The notes beneath the pieces were generated by a model. It searched no databases. It saw nothing but the letters and a program-made list of their open reading frames with translations, and was not told the DNA's origin. From an uncultured Candidatus Saccharibacteria bacterium (lineage in GTDB: Bacteria; Patescibacteriota; Saccharimonadia; Saccharimonadales; CAZVRA01): DNA of 58,344 nucleotides. Position numbers and translations under genes: made by a program. The stretch is taken from NCBI GenBank assembly GCA_964630055.1, contig CAZVRA010000004.1, positions 1 through 58,344 on the forward strand. The letters are read 5' to 3'. Each line of letters opens with the position of its first letter. Positions within the stretch are counted from its first letter, which is position 1. Positions 26,405 through 34,157 of the stretch are shown here, piece after piece.

Positions 26405-28222
26405 ATGGAAGAAAGTATCGACACTCTGCAGCCGAATCCTACGAGTCTGCATGATATTCCTGAACTAAAAGAAATCCACGTTCGAGAGGGTGTGACATTG
26501 CGCCCACTAGAGGTAGAAGATGCAACCCGCATGCTGGAAATCTTAGACACCGATCCATCCATACGTGATAGGGTATCAGTTGCTTCAAGAATGCATTCGC
26601 CGGAGAGTGTTGCAGAACAAGTAGAAACGTATCAAAACGATGCGCACACCATTCGTTACGCCCTGCTCGAGGGTGATCGACCTGTTGGTCTTGTATCGTT
26701 CTGGCGGGATATCGATAATCCGTTCAACGCCCCTGATAATCCGAACGACTATGGTTTTGGTTATTTCCTTGATCCAAATGAACGAGGCAAGGGTCTTGTT
26801 CCTGATGCCGTGCAGCAAGTCATGAATACCGCTCAAGATGTCTTACACGTAGAAAACTTCATAGCCTATTGTGAAGATAATAACCCAGAAAGTATTACAG
26901 CTCTAACCAAACTTGGCTTTGAGTCCACCGATCTAACCTATGAGGAACAGAATAACGGCTGGGTTGAACGCAAATACGTAAAGAGTACTCAGCCGAACGA
27001 GCCGCTATCAGTTATTGAACTGCCGTCTGAGGATGAAGTCACGAGTCGACAGCAAGCCCTACCGCAAGTGGATCATTACGAGGTGCGGCATGGCTCTGGC
27101 TTTAGAGAGGCGCGTTTTGAAGCGATCAAGAGACTTGAGCGCATAAATAAACAGGATTACTCAGTCGAAGAGCTCCAAGAACTTGAGGCACAAGCCCATG
27201 ATTATACGCCAACTATAGGCATAGAAATCGAGATTTACGACAAGGCCTTGCTGAGTGAGGCAGAGCGAACACTAAGCCCAGACGAACAGGCAGACGTTAT
27301 TGCTAAGCGAAAACGAACCTTAGGCAGGATCGAGCGCACCGGCATACCTAGGGATGATAGCGACCCTGGCTGGTGGGAATTTGCACTGCAGCCTACACGT
27401 ACCCCAGAGTTGTTGACAGCTGAAGTACAGGCACTCGAAGACGCTGATGTACTGCATGGCGGCGAACGATACTATCCCTTACACGTAACGCTTGGCGGTA
27501 TAACTAGCGAGAAGCAAAGCGCTTTATCCGAAGTTATGGAGCATGACTTACAAGGTGAGCAGGTTTTTGTACTTGTCCACGCTCTTGAGGCATCTGGCAT
27601 TGCAACAACTCCAAAGCGGCTCATGATGCCCGCAACATCATCAGTAAAAGGTGACTATTGGACAAGTGGAAACGCCGGTATCATCGAGAGAGAACCCGAG
27701 CAGATGAGGGGGGTTAACTTTACAAACGGAGTGGAAATACGATCATTTTGTTTTAGTACGGTTGAAGAACTAGGAACAATCATGCAATCCACACAGGCAC
27801 TTGGAGCAGCCTTAAGCGCATACCAGGACTTATCGCGATTGACTGAACATAAAAGCGCTATGCCGCTAAGCCATAAAACTATAGAAACAAGGCCTGCCCC
27901 GCGTATTAGAAGCGGCGCTGACCTAGAAGACGTTATACGGTTAAGTGCTGTTTGGTCAGATTTTAGCCACAAGGTACACGAGCTATTTGGTGAAGCTGGT
28001 TTAGTTGATCCAAGCACCGTTTGGCACGAGCCACGTTCAAAGGGGTTGTTGCGTAGTGCGTCAACGGGAGATTACGGTGCAATGGCAAACTTCATGAAAA
28101 AAGCAACGAAGCCAGGCAGCCCAGAACATGCCGTGCAGCAGCAACTCGTACGGCTGATTGAATCTGCGGCTACAGCGGTGAATAATATAACGCGCCAAGA
28201 GTCGACAGCTCCGAAGGTTTAA
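26405..28222 (+). CDS. Fusion protein: N-terminal RimJ/RimL-type GNAT acetyltransferase + C-terminal glutamine-synthetase-like carboxylate-amine ligase (amidoligase) candidate
   Basis: 605 aa. GNAT region is LRPLEVEDATRM...GFGYFLDPNERGKGL. The C-terminal part has motifs in the order TIGIEIEIY, WWEFALQPTRTPE, YPLHVTLGG, GVEIRSF, as in GCS2/amidoligase/PafA-type ligases. Confidence 0.5.
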   Translation: MEESIDTLQPNPTSLHDIPELKEIHVREGVTLRPLEVEDATRMLEILDTDPSIRDRVSVASRMHSPESVAEQVETYQNDAHTIRYALLEGDRPVGLVSFWRDIDNPFNAPDNPNDYGFGYFLDPNERGKGLVPDAVQQVMNTAQDVLHVENFIAYCEDNNPESITALTKLGFESTDLTYEEQNNGWVERKYVKSTQPNEPLSVIELPSEDEVTSRQQALPQVDHYEVRHGSGFREARFEAIKRLERINKQDYSVEELQELEAQAHDYTPTIGIEIEIYDKALLSEAERTLSPDEQADVIAKRKRTLGRIERTGIPRDDSDPGWWEFALQPTRTPELLTAEVQALEDADVLHGGERYYPLHVTLGGITSEKQSALSEVMEHDLQGEQVFVLVHALEASGIATTPKRLMMPATSSVKGDYWTSGNAGIIEREPEQMRGVNFTNGVEIRSFCFSTVEELGTIMQSTQALGAALSAYQDLSRLTEHKSAMPLSHKTIETRPAPRIRSGADLEDVIRLSAVWSDFSHKVHELFGEAGLVDPSTVWHEPRSKGLLRSASTGDYGAMANFMKKATKPGSPEHAVQQQLVRLIESAATAVNNITRQESTAPKV

Positions 28223-28225
28223 AGC

Positions 28226-28783
28226 ATGAAAATCTACGTCATTCGTCACGGTCAAACAAAACTAAACGTTGAACATATCATCAACGGTAATATAGATGAC
28301 GAGCTAACTCCCAAGGGTATAAAACAAGCAGCACTAGCTGCTACCACACTGCCGGATTCTATAAAACGTATGTACGTCTCTTCCCTCTGGCGTGCCAAGC
28401 AAACCGCTGACATATTAAATGCTGGCCGAGAGCTGCCCATTACCTATAGTGATGATCTGCGTGAGGTAAACTTCGGCGATCTGAATGGTAAGCCCTTTCT
28501 CGAAGAATACCAAGCACGACACATGGCGCTTAATTACGACTGGCGACCTTCTGGCGAGAACTTTACAGACGTCAAAACTAGAGTCCTACGGGCGCTACAA
28601 AAGATCAAAGAGGAGAACAATGACGGTGAAGCACTAATTGTTGGGCATGGTGGTACTATCCGAACACTGTACTATTTAGAGAATGGTCAGCCGATGGGCA
28701 CGATTGAGAATGCGTCACTCTTCACTTTTGACCTAGATAAAATCCTTGAACAACGTCTTACTCCTGAGAGTGCTGTAGAATAG
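28226..28783 (+). CDS. Histidine phosphatase (phosphoglycerate mutase superfamily)
   Basis: 185 aa. KIYVIRHGQT (RHG) and VGHGGTIR motifs. Confidence 0.85.
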   Translation: MKIYVIRHGQTKLNVEHIINGNIDDELTPKGIKQAALAATTLPDSIKRMYVSSLWRAKQTADILNAGRELPITYSDDLREVNFGDLNGKPFLEEYQARHMALNYDWRPSGENFTDVKTRVLRALQKIKEENNDGEALIVGHGGTIRTLYYLENGQPMGTIENASLFTFDLDKILEQRLTPESAVE

Positions 28784-28790
28784 AGTAGAT

Positions 28791-29003
28791 ATGCCAGATA
28801 AAACACCCCTACATATTGGCCACAAACTCCAGGCAGCTCGCCAGAATAAAGGCTTCACGCAAGCCGAAGTTGCTAAGCGTGCTGGTACAACTGTCAATCA
28901 CTACGCAAAGATTGAGCGCAGTGAAGTAGTTCCATCGCTCAAAACGCTTGAAAAGATCATCAAAGCGCTCGAGATCAAGTCCGCGGACGTCCTGCCCTTT
29001 TAG
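28791..29003 (+). CDS. XRE-family helix-turn-helix transcriptional regulator
   Basis: 70 aa. LQAARQNKGFTQAEVAKRAGTTVNHYAKIERSEVVPSLKTLEKI is a classic HTH_3 pattern. Confidence 0.85.
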   Translation: MPDKTPLHIGHKLQAARQNKGFTQAEVAKRAGTTVNHYAKIERSEVVPSLKTLEKIIKALEIKSADVLPF

Positions 29004-29218
29004 TTACCAAGAGATTTTTCGTACTCGTCGACAAGCGCTTCAAACTTGTCTGGGTCATCAAATGCGATACTGCGTACATTCTCGTTGATCCGTGATTTGA
29101 GATGGTCTAGAAACGCCAGACAGTAGGCAGGCTCAGCTTTTTCGGGGCTGTCAGGATAGAAGGCCTTCATGTAGCGCCCTACTGCTGCAATATCTTCATC
29201 GGTAAATTGATCACTCAT
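29000..29218 (-). CDS. Small acidic hypothetical protein downstream of and overlapping the PLD nuclease gene
   Basis: 72-aa ORF. Its start overlaps the PLD stop by 8 nt. Rich in Asp/Glu. Confidence 0.5.
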   Translation of the reverse strand: MSDQFTDEDIAAVGRYMKAFYPDSPEKAEPAYCLAFLDHLKSRINENVRSIAFDDPDKFEALVDEYEKSLGN

Positions 29219-29717
29219 GATTCACCTTATTATACCACCTTGCAAGCTTGGTGAAGCGTATCATCTGCTGAACTAATTCTGATGACTTAGTGCGTCGCAT
29301 TACTTCGCAGCTATCTGTTTGCGACAAAATGTTCAAGCTACCTTCGTAAAGCGTACGGTGGTCTATGATGGCCAGCTTACGATGCAGGTTGCTCGTGTAG
29401 ATGACCGTAATGCCCAGGCTTTGCAGCCAAGCAACTCCCCCTTGAGCCTGCACGCGCATTACGTCGCTATGCGTATCGGGATTGCGCGTATTTATAACGA
29501 TGCTCACACCACGACTGCGGGCTTCTCTCAGCCCGTCACAGAGCCATTCCAGGCGTTTAGTAGTAATGAACGGACTCTCGATGATAATACTCTGTCGGGC
29601 TCGCTGGATATCGCGTGCGAAGACATCATAGAATGCCTGTTCGTCCAATAGTTGCGACCGAAGTAAAGATGAGGTATCATACATCTGTTGACTCAGCGGG
29701 AATAGGAATCTACGCAT
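29211..29717 (-). CDS. Single-HKD phospholipase D-family (Nuc-like) nuclease
   Basis: HKD motif NLHRKLAIIDHRTLYEGSLN. N-terminal FYDVFARDIQRARQSIIIESPF. ATG 29717 is preferred (GGAG 7 nt upstream). The ORF track starts at GTG 29765, and ATG 29684 is also possible. Confidence 0.75.
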   Translation of the reverse strand: MRRFLFPLSQQMYDTSSLLRSQLLDEQAFYDVFARDIQRARQSIIIESPFITTKRLEWLCDGLREARSRGVSIVINTRNPDTHSDVMRVQAQGGVAWLQSLGITVIYTSNLHRKLAIIDHRTLYEGSLNILSQTDSCEVMRRTKSSELVQQMIRFTKLARWYNKVNHE

Positions 29718-29820
29718 CGCTAGACTCCATGATTGTATCGATGTCGAGCTTCTCAAGTTTGTCACTTAGTTTTGCAAGCTCAGAGAGTATGTCGTTCCAG
29801 TTTTCCCTGGTAGAGTCCAC
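29710..29820 (-). CDS. Possible small acidic ORF (about 36 aa, GTG/TTG start) whose stop overlaps the PLD start
   Basis: VDSTRENWNDILSELAKLSDKLEKLDIDTIMESSDA*. The stop TAG lies inside ATGCGTAG of the PLD start. No ATG and no clear RBS, so the call is weak. Confidence 0.2.
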   Translation of the reverse strand: MDSTRENWNDILSELAKLSDKLEKLDIDTIMESSDA

Positions 29821-29858
29821 CAAAACGACATTTAAATACGATACTGCTTAGATATAAT

Positions 29859-30110
29859 CTATCGTAGTTCTTGCATCCGACGTTCATTTTCGTCTAAATC
29901 ACGACCGAGCTGATCTAAAAACTGTACATGCTGATCTAGCTCGGATACCTCACGTTCCCATTCAGCTATAGTGCTTTGTAATTGCTCTATGTCACGCTTC
30001 ATACGCTCCAGAGTATCGCGAAAATTTTGAGATTGCCTGCGTCTTTCGTCGGCTAGTCTTTTTGCATTACTAGCACTAGAACGCACATTATCACCTGCAG
30101 CCACTGGCAA
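29859..30110 (-). CDS. Small coiled-coil hypothetical protein
   Basis: 83-aa ORF from TTG. GTG 30104 lies 6 nt after AGGAG and is more likely. Charged heptad-like sequence (ERMKRDIEQLQSTIAEWEREVSELD). Confidence 0.45.
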   Translation of the reverse strand: MPVAAGDNVRSSASNAKRLADERRRQSQNFRDTLERMKRDIEQLQSTIAEWEREVSELDQHVQFLDQLGRDLDENERRMQELR

Positions 30111-30160
30111 CTCCTGACTTATTTTATGGTTATTATATAAGATATTTTAGTCGAATTTTG

Positions 30161-30237
30161 TGGTGGAGCCACGGGGATTCAAACCCCGGACCTCAGCGCT
30201 GCCAGCGCTGCGCTCTAATCAGCTGAGCTATGGCCCC
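30161..30237 (-). tRNA. tRNA-Ala(GGC) with an atypical D-loop/T-loop
   Basis: Reverse complement ggggcca-ta-gctc-agctgatta-gagc-g-cagcg-ctGGCag-cgctg-aggtc-cgggg-tttgaat-ccccg-tggctcc-acca. G3:U70 Ala identity pair is present. The D-loop lacks GG and the T-loop has U at position 56. Confidence 0.9.
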
Positions 30238-30352
30238 TTATAGTCTGTAGTATAACATCTGTTTGGCAATCTAGCCAACTAGCCAATGCTTTGCAGCCTA
30301 GCCGGACTCAATTATTTTAGTAAAAAATGACCACCTGTTACAATAATAATTA

Positions 30353-31300
30353 ATGAATTCCAACCAACCCAAACAAGTAATTGTGATCAATTTGCGCCAT
30401 TGGCAAAGATGGGCGGTTAGTGCATCTATTTTTTTGCTGCTGATTTTTGGTTATTTTGGCTACACCAAGGTTTATACTAGCCCGCGACGTGTGTTTTGGC
30501 GGGCTATAAATAATAGCTTGGTGCAAGGTAGCGTAACAAAGCACGTTTCTGCGAGCGACCCTAGCAGTGGCCAAAAAATTAGTCAATATTCTCAGGTTAA
30601 CTTTGCTAGCGAGCCAAGCCTACATAGTTTTGTCACCGTCGAGCAGCAACCAGCAAGCGGTAATACCAATCAAGCCGGCTCAGGCATTAAGGCTACCATA
30701 AAAACCGAGAGCATAATTACGCGATCGGCCCAATATTCGCGCTATATTAGCATCGACACCAATCAAAAAACGGCCGACGGCAAGCCGCTTAAGCTTGACG
30801 AAGTAATTGGCAAATGGGGCAAATCTGATGCGGCGTCGGCTAGCCCAAATGAGCAGATAAATCAGGTGGCGGTTGGTCTGGCGCCATTTGCACGAGTGCC
30901 GCTGGCCAAGCAGAAGGATCTGGCCAACCAGATGCTACGCGCCGACGTTTTTGACCCGGATTTTGCCAGCGTGCAGCCAAAAGTTGTTGATGGTCACGCC
31001 ACTTGGGTCTACAAAACTAAGCTCAACCTGGCTAATTATCTGAGCATTTATAAACAGGCTCTAAGCATGAGCGGGTTAGTTGGTTTAGAAAAACTCAATC
31101 CAGATGTTTACAAATCTCTACCACCAATAGAGGTTATTATGTCTATCGACAAGGGTTCCGGCAAAATTTTGCAACTGCAGGCCGAGTCTATGGGGCGACG
31201 CGAAGATTACAGCGCTCATGGAGCTAATCTGCCTATTACCGAGCCGACCAACACTATTCCGCTAGACCAACTTCAGAGTAAGCTACAGGCCACTCGTTAA
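30353..31300 (+). CDS. Membrane-anchored hypothetical protein
   Basis: 315 aa with a single N-terminal TM helix (AVSASIFLLLIFGYFGY), then a soluble domain. TGtTACAAT lies 8 nt upstream of the ATG. Confidence 0.55.
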   Translation: MNSNQPKQVIVINLRHWQRWAVSASIFLLLIFGYFGYTKVYTSPRRVFWRAINNSLVQGSVTKHVSASDPSSGQKISQYSQVNFASEPSLHSFVTVEQQPASGNTNQAGSGIKATIKTESIITRSAQYSRYISIDTNQKTADGKPLKLDEVIGKWGKSDAASASPNEQINQVAVGLAPFARVPLAKQKDLANQMLRADVFDPDFASVQPKVVDGHATWVYKTKLNLANYLSIYKQALSMSGLVGLEKLNPDVYKSLPPIEVIMSIDKGSGKILQLQAESMGRREDYSAHGANLPITEPTNTIPLDQLQSKLQATR

Positions 31301-31317
31301 TTTGCTATAGTAAAAGA

Positions 31318-32070
31318 ATGAAGCTAACTAACAAGCAAATTGTTGTTAATGAAACCTTGGTGCGCTACACCGATACATTGGGTAGTAAACCAATTTTAGT
31401 TCTGCTGCATGGCTGGTTAGATAGTGCCGATACTTTTGCCAACCTAGAAAATGACTTGTCCGCTAAATTCCGTTGTATTGCGCTGGATTTGCCGGCGTTT
31501 GGAGCTAGTGAGGTGTCCGATGATGTTACCACTATTGAACAGTACGCCGAATTTGTCGCTAGTTTTTTGCAAAAGATCGAGGTTAGTGATTATGCGTTGC
31601 TCGGTCATTCCATGGGTGGGCAAATAGTAATTTACGGTGTGGCTACTGGGGTGCTGCGGCCGCGCCGTCTGGTGCTGGTGGCTGCCGCGGGTGTGCGCAA
31701 CAGGCAAAAGGTCAAAAAAACTTTACTCAAGATGGCGGCGCGGCCGCTGCGCCGCCTGGCGCCAAGCCGCGTCAAGCGAGCGCTTTACCGTCGTCTGGGG
31801 TCCGACTATTCGCCGGAATTAAAAGCCCATCACAAAAAAATTATTGCCGCTGTTTTGGGCCGCGATATTCAGGCCGAAGCCGCTCAAATTGCCATTCCAA
31901 CTTTGCTAATTTATGGTGACCGCGACGAGCACACGCCGCTCGAATTTGGCCAAACTTTAAAGCGAGCCATAAAAGGCTCTAGTTTGCAGGTAATTCCTGG
32001 CGCAAATCACTGGGTTCACCAAACCAACGCCCAGCAGGTAGCAAGGGCCGTGGAGGATTTTGCTAAATGA
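31318..32070 (+). CDS. Alpha/beta hydrolase
   Basis: 250 aa. HG oxyanion motif (LLHGW), nucleophile elbow GHSMGG, C-terminal GANHWVH. Confidence 0.8.
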   Translation: MKLTNKQIVVNETLVRYTDTLGSKPILVLLHGWLDSADTFANLENDLSAKFRCIALDLPAFGASEVSDDVTTIEQYAEFVASFLQKIEVSDYALLGHSMGGQIVIYGVATGVLRPRRLVLVAAAGVRNRQKVKKTLLKMAARPLRRLAPSRVKRALYRRLGSDYSPELKAHHKKIIAAVLGRDIQAEAAQIAIPTLLIYGDRDEHTPLEFGQTLKRAIKGSSLQVIPGANHWVHQTNAQQVARAVEDFAK

Positions 32071-33491
32071 GGGACATACTGAGTTGGTTCAACCCTAAAA
32101 CTCCCTGGACAATTGTTTATATGCTGCAGCAGCTGGAGTACGATCCGGTTAAGCTGATGTCTTGGTGGCTTAAGGCCGATAGTGTCAATAAGGCCCAAAA
32201 GCGTGGCCGGCTTAAGCTAACGGTCCGCGCTAAACTGATGCTTTGTTTGGCCTACGGAACTTGGCTAACATGTTGGCTGCTGGGCGCTGGCCTGACTGTT
32301 CGCTACGCTAGCTTGTTGTGGCTAGGCTGGATTTTTATGGCTGCCAACTTGGCCTTTGCCGTGGTTTGGGCGGCAACTTTTGGTTTGCAAAAACTTGTTA
32401 TTGACCCTCGTTACAACGCTTCAATTGAGCAGGCGTCGTTAAAAATGCAGGCCAGCTCGGCTACCAAAATTGCCGTTTTGGGCAGCTATGGCAAAACCAG
32501 CATGAAAGAGCTGCTCGCCACGGTTTTGGCCGAAGGCAAGCCCAAGGAGGAGGTCGTGGCCACTCCCGGCAACAAAAATGTGCCAATTAGCCATGCTCGC
32601 TGGGTCAACAAATTAACTGGTCTAGAGAAAATCCTAATTTTTGAATACGGCGAGGGCGCGCCAGGCGACATTTTGCGCTTAGCCAAACTTAGCCACCCAA
32701 ATTATGCGGTTATTACTGGCCTAGCGCCGGCTCATTTGGACCAATATCCATCGCTTCAGGCTGTGGCCCAAGATTTGGCCTCGATAAACCAAACGGTATC
32801 GCCCCAGAATATATACGTTAACCGACAGGCTGCTGCGGTTATGGATAGGCTGCCCAAACAGGCTCATGGTTATGACCACAAAGGGGTCGACGGCTGGCAG
32901 GTTAGTAATATCAAGGTTGGTTTTGACGGTACCAGTTTTACATTTAGCCGCGGCGATAAAAAGATGCAACTTGGTAGTGGTTTGCTGGGCCGGCATCAGG
33001 TGGGGCCATTGGCGGCGGTGGCTGTTTTGGCCCATAAACTGGGCCTAACTTCTAGGCAGATTCAAGATGGTCTTGCCAAAACAATGCCGTTCGAGCATCG
33101 CATGCAACCGCGCCATATCAATGGCGCATGGGTTATAGACGACACATACAACGGTAATATCGAGGGCATGCGGGCCGGCCTGGCGCTGCTGGCCGAGCTA
33201 CCTGCCAAGCGTCGCACATACGTGACGCCCGGGCTTGTCGATCAGGGTGCAGAAACAAAGGCTGTTCACGAGGAGCTCGGCCAGCTAATTGCTGCCGCCA
33301 AGCCCGACCGAATTGTGCTAATGCACAACTCGGTCACCGACCTCATCCAGGCCGGCCTGGCTAGTGGCGGCTACAAAGGCGAAATACAGTTAGAACCTGA
33401 CCCACTCAGCTACTATACTAACCTAGAGCAATTCTTGGCTGCTGGAGATGTCGTCCTAATGCAAAACGACTGGCCAGATAGCTACAAATAA
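32067..33491 (+). CDS. murF: Mur ligase family protein, MurF-like, with a transmembrane N-terminal region
   Basis: P-loop GSYGKTSMKELL, then ATPGNKNVPIS, EYGEGAPGDI...ITGLAPAHLDQYPSLQAV and a C-terminal Mur ligase domain. The first 110 or so aa contain about 3 hydrophobic helices instead of the usual MurF N-domain. Confidence 0.7.
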   Translation: MRDILSWFNPKTPWTIVYMLQQLEYDPVKLMSWWLKADSVNKAQKRGRLKLTVRAKLMLCLAYGTWLTCWLLGAGLTVRYASLLWLGWIFMAANLAFAVVWAATFGLQKLVIDPRYNASIEQASLKMQASSATKIAVLGSYGKTSMKELLATVLAEGKPKEEVVATPGNKNVPISHARWVNKLTGLEKILIFEYGEGAPGDILRLAKLSHPNYAVITGLAPAHLDQYPSLQAVAQDLASINQTVSPQNIYVNRQAAAVMDRLPKQAHGYDHKGVDGWQVSNIKVGFDGTSFTFSRGDKKMQLGSGLLGRHQVGPLAAVAVLAHKLGLTSRQIQDGLAKTMPFEHRMQPRHINGAWVIDDTYNGNIEGMRAGLALLAELPAKRRTYVTPGLVDQGAETKAVHEELGQLIAAAKPDRIVLMHNSVTDLIQAGLASGGYKGEIQLEPDPLSYYTNLEQFLAAGDVVLMQNDWPDSYK

Positions 33492-33495
33492 AAAA

Positions 33496-33837
33496 TTATA
33501 AGCCAATAAACAGGCTGACTGCTTGAGCAACTTGGTTGATGACGTATGTTGGGGCTTTTTCGATAAATTCTAAGTGGCGGCTTTGCCAGTCTAGGCTTTT
33601 GATGTGAATTGGCAACACCGCACCTTTGGTTTGACAGCCGCGCAAAGCAACTTCGGCCGGTAAGCCTTTGGCACGCGATGTAATAGGGCAAGCAATAACA
33701 AGGCTGGTATGTTCGGCGAATATTCTTGGCGACAAAACCAAGGCTGGTCGTCGGCCGGCCTGCTCGTGACCTTTGACTGGGTCTAGCACAACCCAAACGA
33801 TGTCGCCTCGTTCTGGAATGTAGTGGTTTTTTACCAA
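33496..33837 (-). CDS. mazF: MazF/PemK-family endoribonuclease toxin
   Basis: 113 aa. PERGDIVWVVLDPVKGHEQAGRRPALVLSP and CPITSRAKG motifs. Confidence 0.9.
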   Translation of the reverse strand: MVKNHYIPERGDIVWVVLDPVKGHEQAGRRPALVLSPRIFAEHTSLVIACPITSRAKGLPAEVALRGCQTKGAVLPIHIKSLDWQSRHLEFIEKAPTYVINQVAQAVSLFIGL

Positions 33838-34082
33838 AGTTCGTTACCTTTAGGGACGCCCCAATTTTGCTCGCCATCACTGTTATATGGTGTTGTGCCA
33901 GCCAAAAGATCTTCTAGTTTGGGCGCGGATTCTTTTTTTATAGGAGTTAATATAATGCTACGACCTCGCGTTGTGACAGCCAGAGTTTCGTAGGGTTTTA
34001 AGTCTACTTTTTCTGCCACTTGTTTTGGCAAACGAACTCCTTGCCCGTTGCCCCACTTTACAATATCTTGAGTAATATTCAT
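33831..34082 (-). CDS. mazE: MazE/AbrB-SpoVT-family antitoxin
   Basis: 83 aa. VKWGNGQGVRLPKQV swapped-hairpin motif. Overlaps the mazF start by 7 nt. Confidence 0.85.
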   Translation of the reverse strand: MNITQDIVKWGNGQGVRLPKQVAEKVDLKPYETLAVTTRGRSIILTPIKKESAPKLEDLLAGTTPYNSDGEQNWGVPKGNELW

Positions 34083-34089
34083 ATATACA

Positions 34090-34151
34090 AGTATATACCT
34101 ATAATCTTAACTATGCAAGCACTGTAATTGCGCGCCGTAATTGTATATACT
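34090..34151. promoter_or_regulatory. Divergent mazE/ddl control region with back-to-back TATACT boxes, each 6-7 nt from its ATG
   Basis: Minus strand: TATACT(34095-34090)-tgtatat-ATG(34082). Plus strand: TATACT(34146-34151)-aattgc-ATG(34158). Confidence 0.4.
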
Positions 34152-34157
34152 AATTGC

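Larger units (their letters stand above)
13597..30160. mobile_element. Integrative genomic island (about 16.5 kb) with a large serine recombinase at its left edge; right edge approximate
   Basis: The recombinase abuts and overlaps tRNA-Phe. A replication-relaxation-like gene follows. All cargo is accessory-type, and core-like genes resume after tRNA-Ala at 30.2 kb. No phage structural or conjugation genes. Confidence 0.55.

Noticed and set aside
30100-30165. Search for a direct repeat of the tRNA-Phe 3' end marking the right island boundary
   Set aside because: Only a short, gapped resemblance was seen: aact(ta/c)ctgac…atttta near 13694-13724 versus 30108-30126. It is too weak to call an att repeat. 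Serine recombinases do not require long repeats, so the right boundary remains approximate.
33482-33880. 132-aa minus-strand ORF overlapping mazF
   Set aside because: It is an alternative frame of the mazF/mazE region. The peptide is Arg/Ser/Cys-rich, whereas the mazF frame shows the family motifs.
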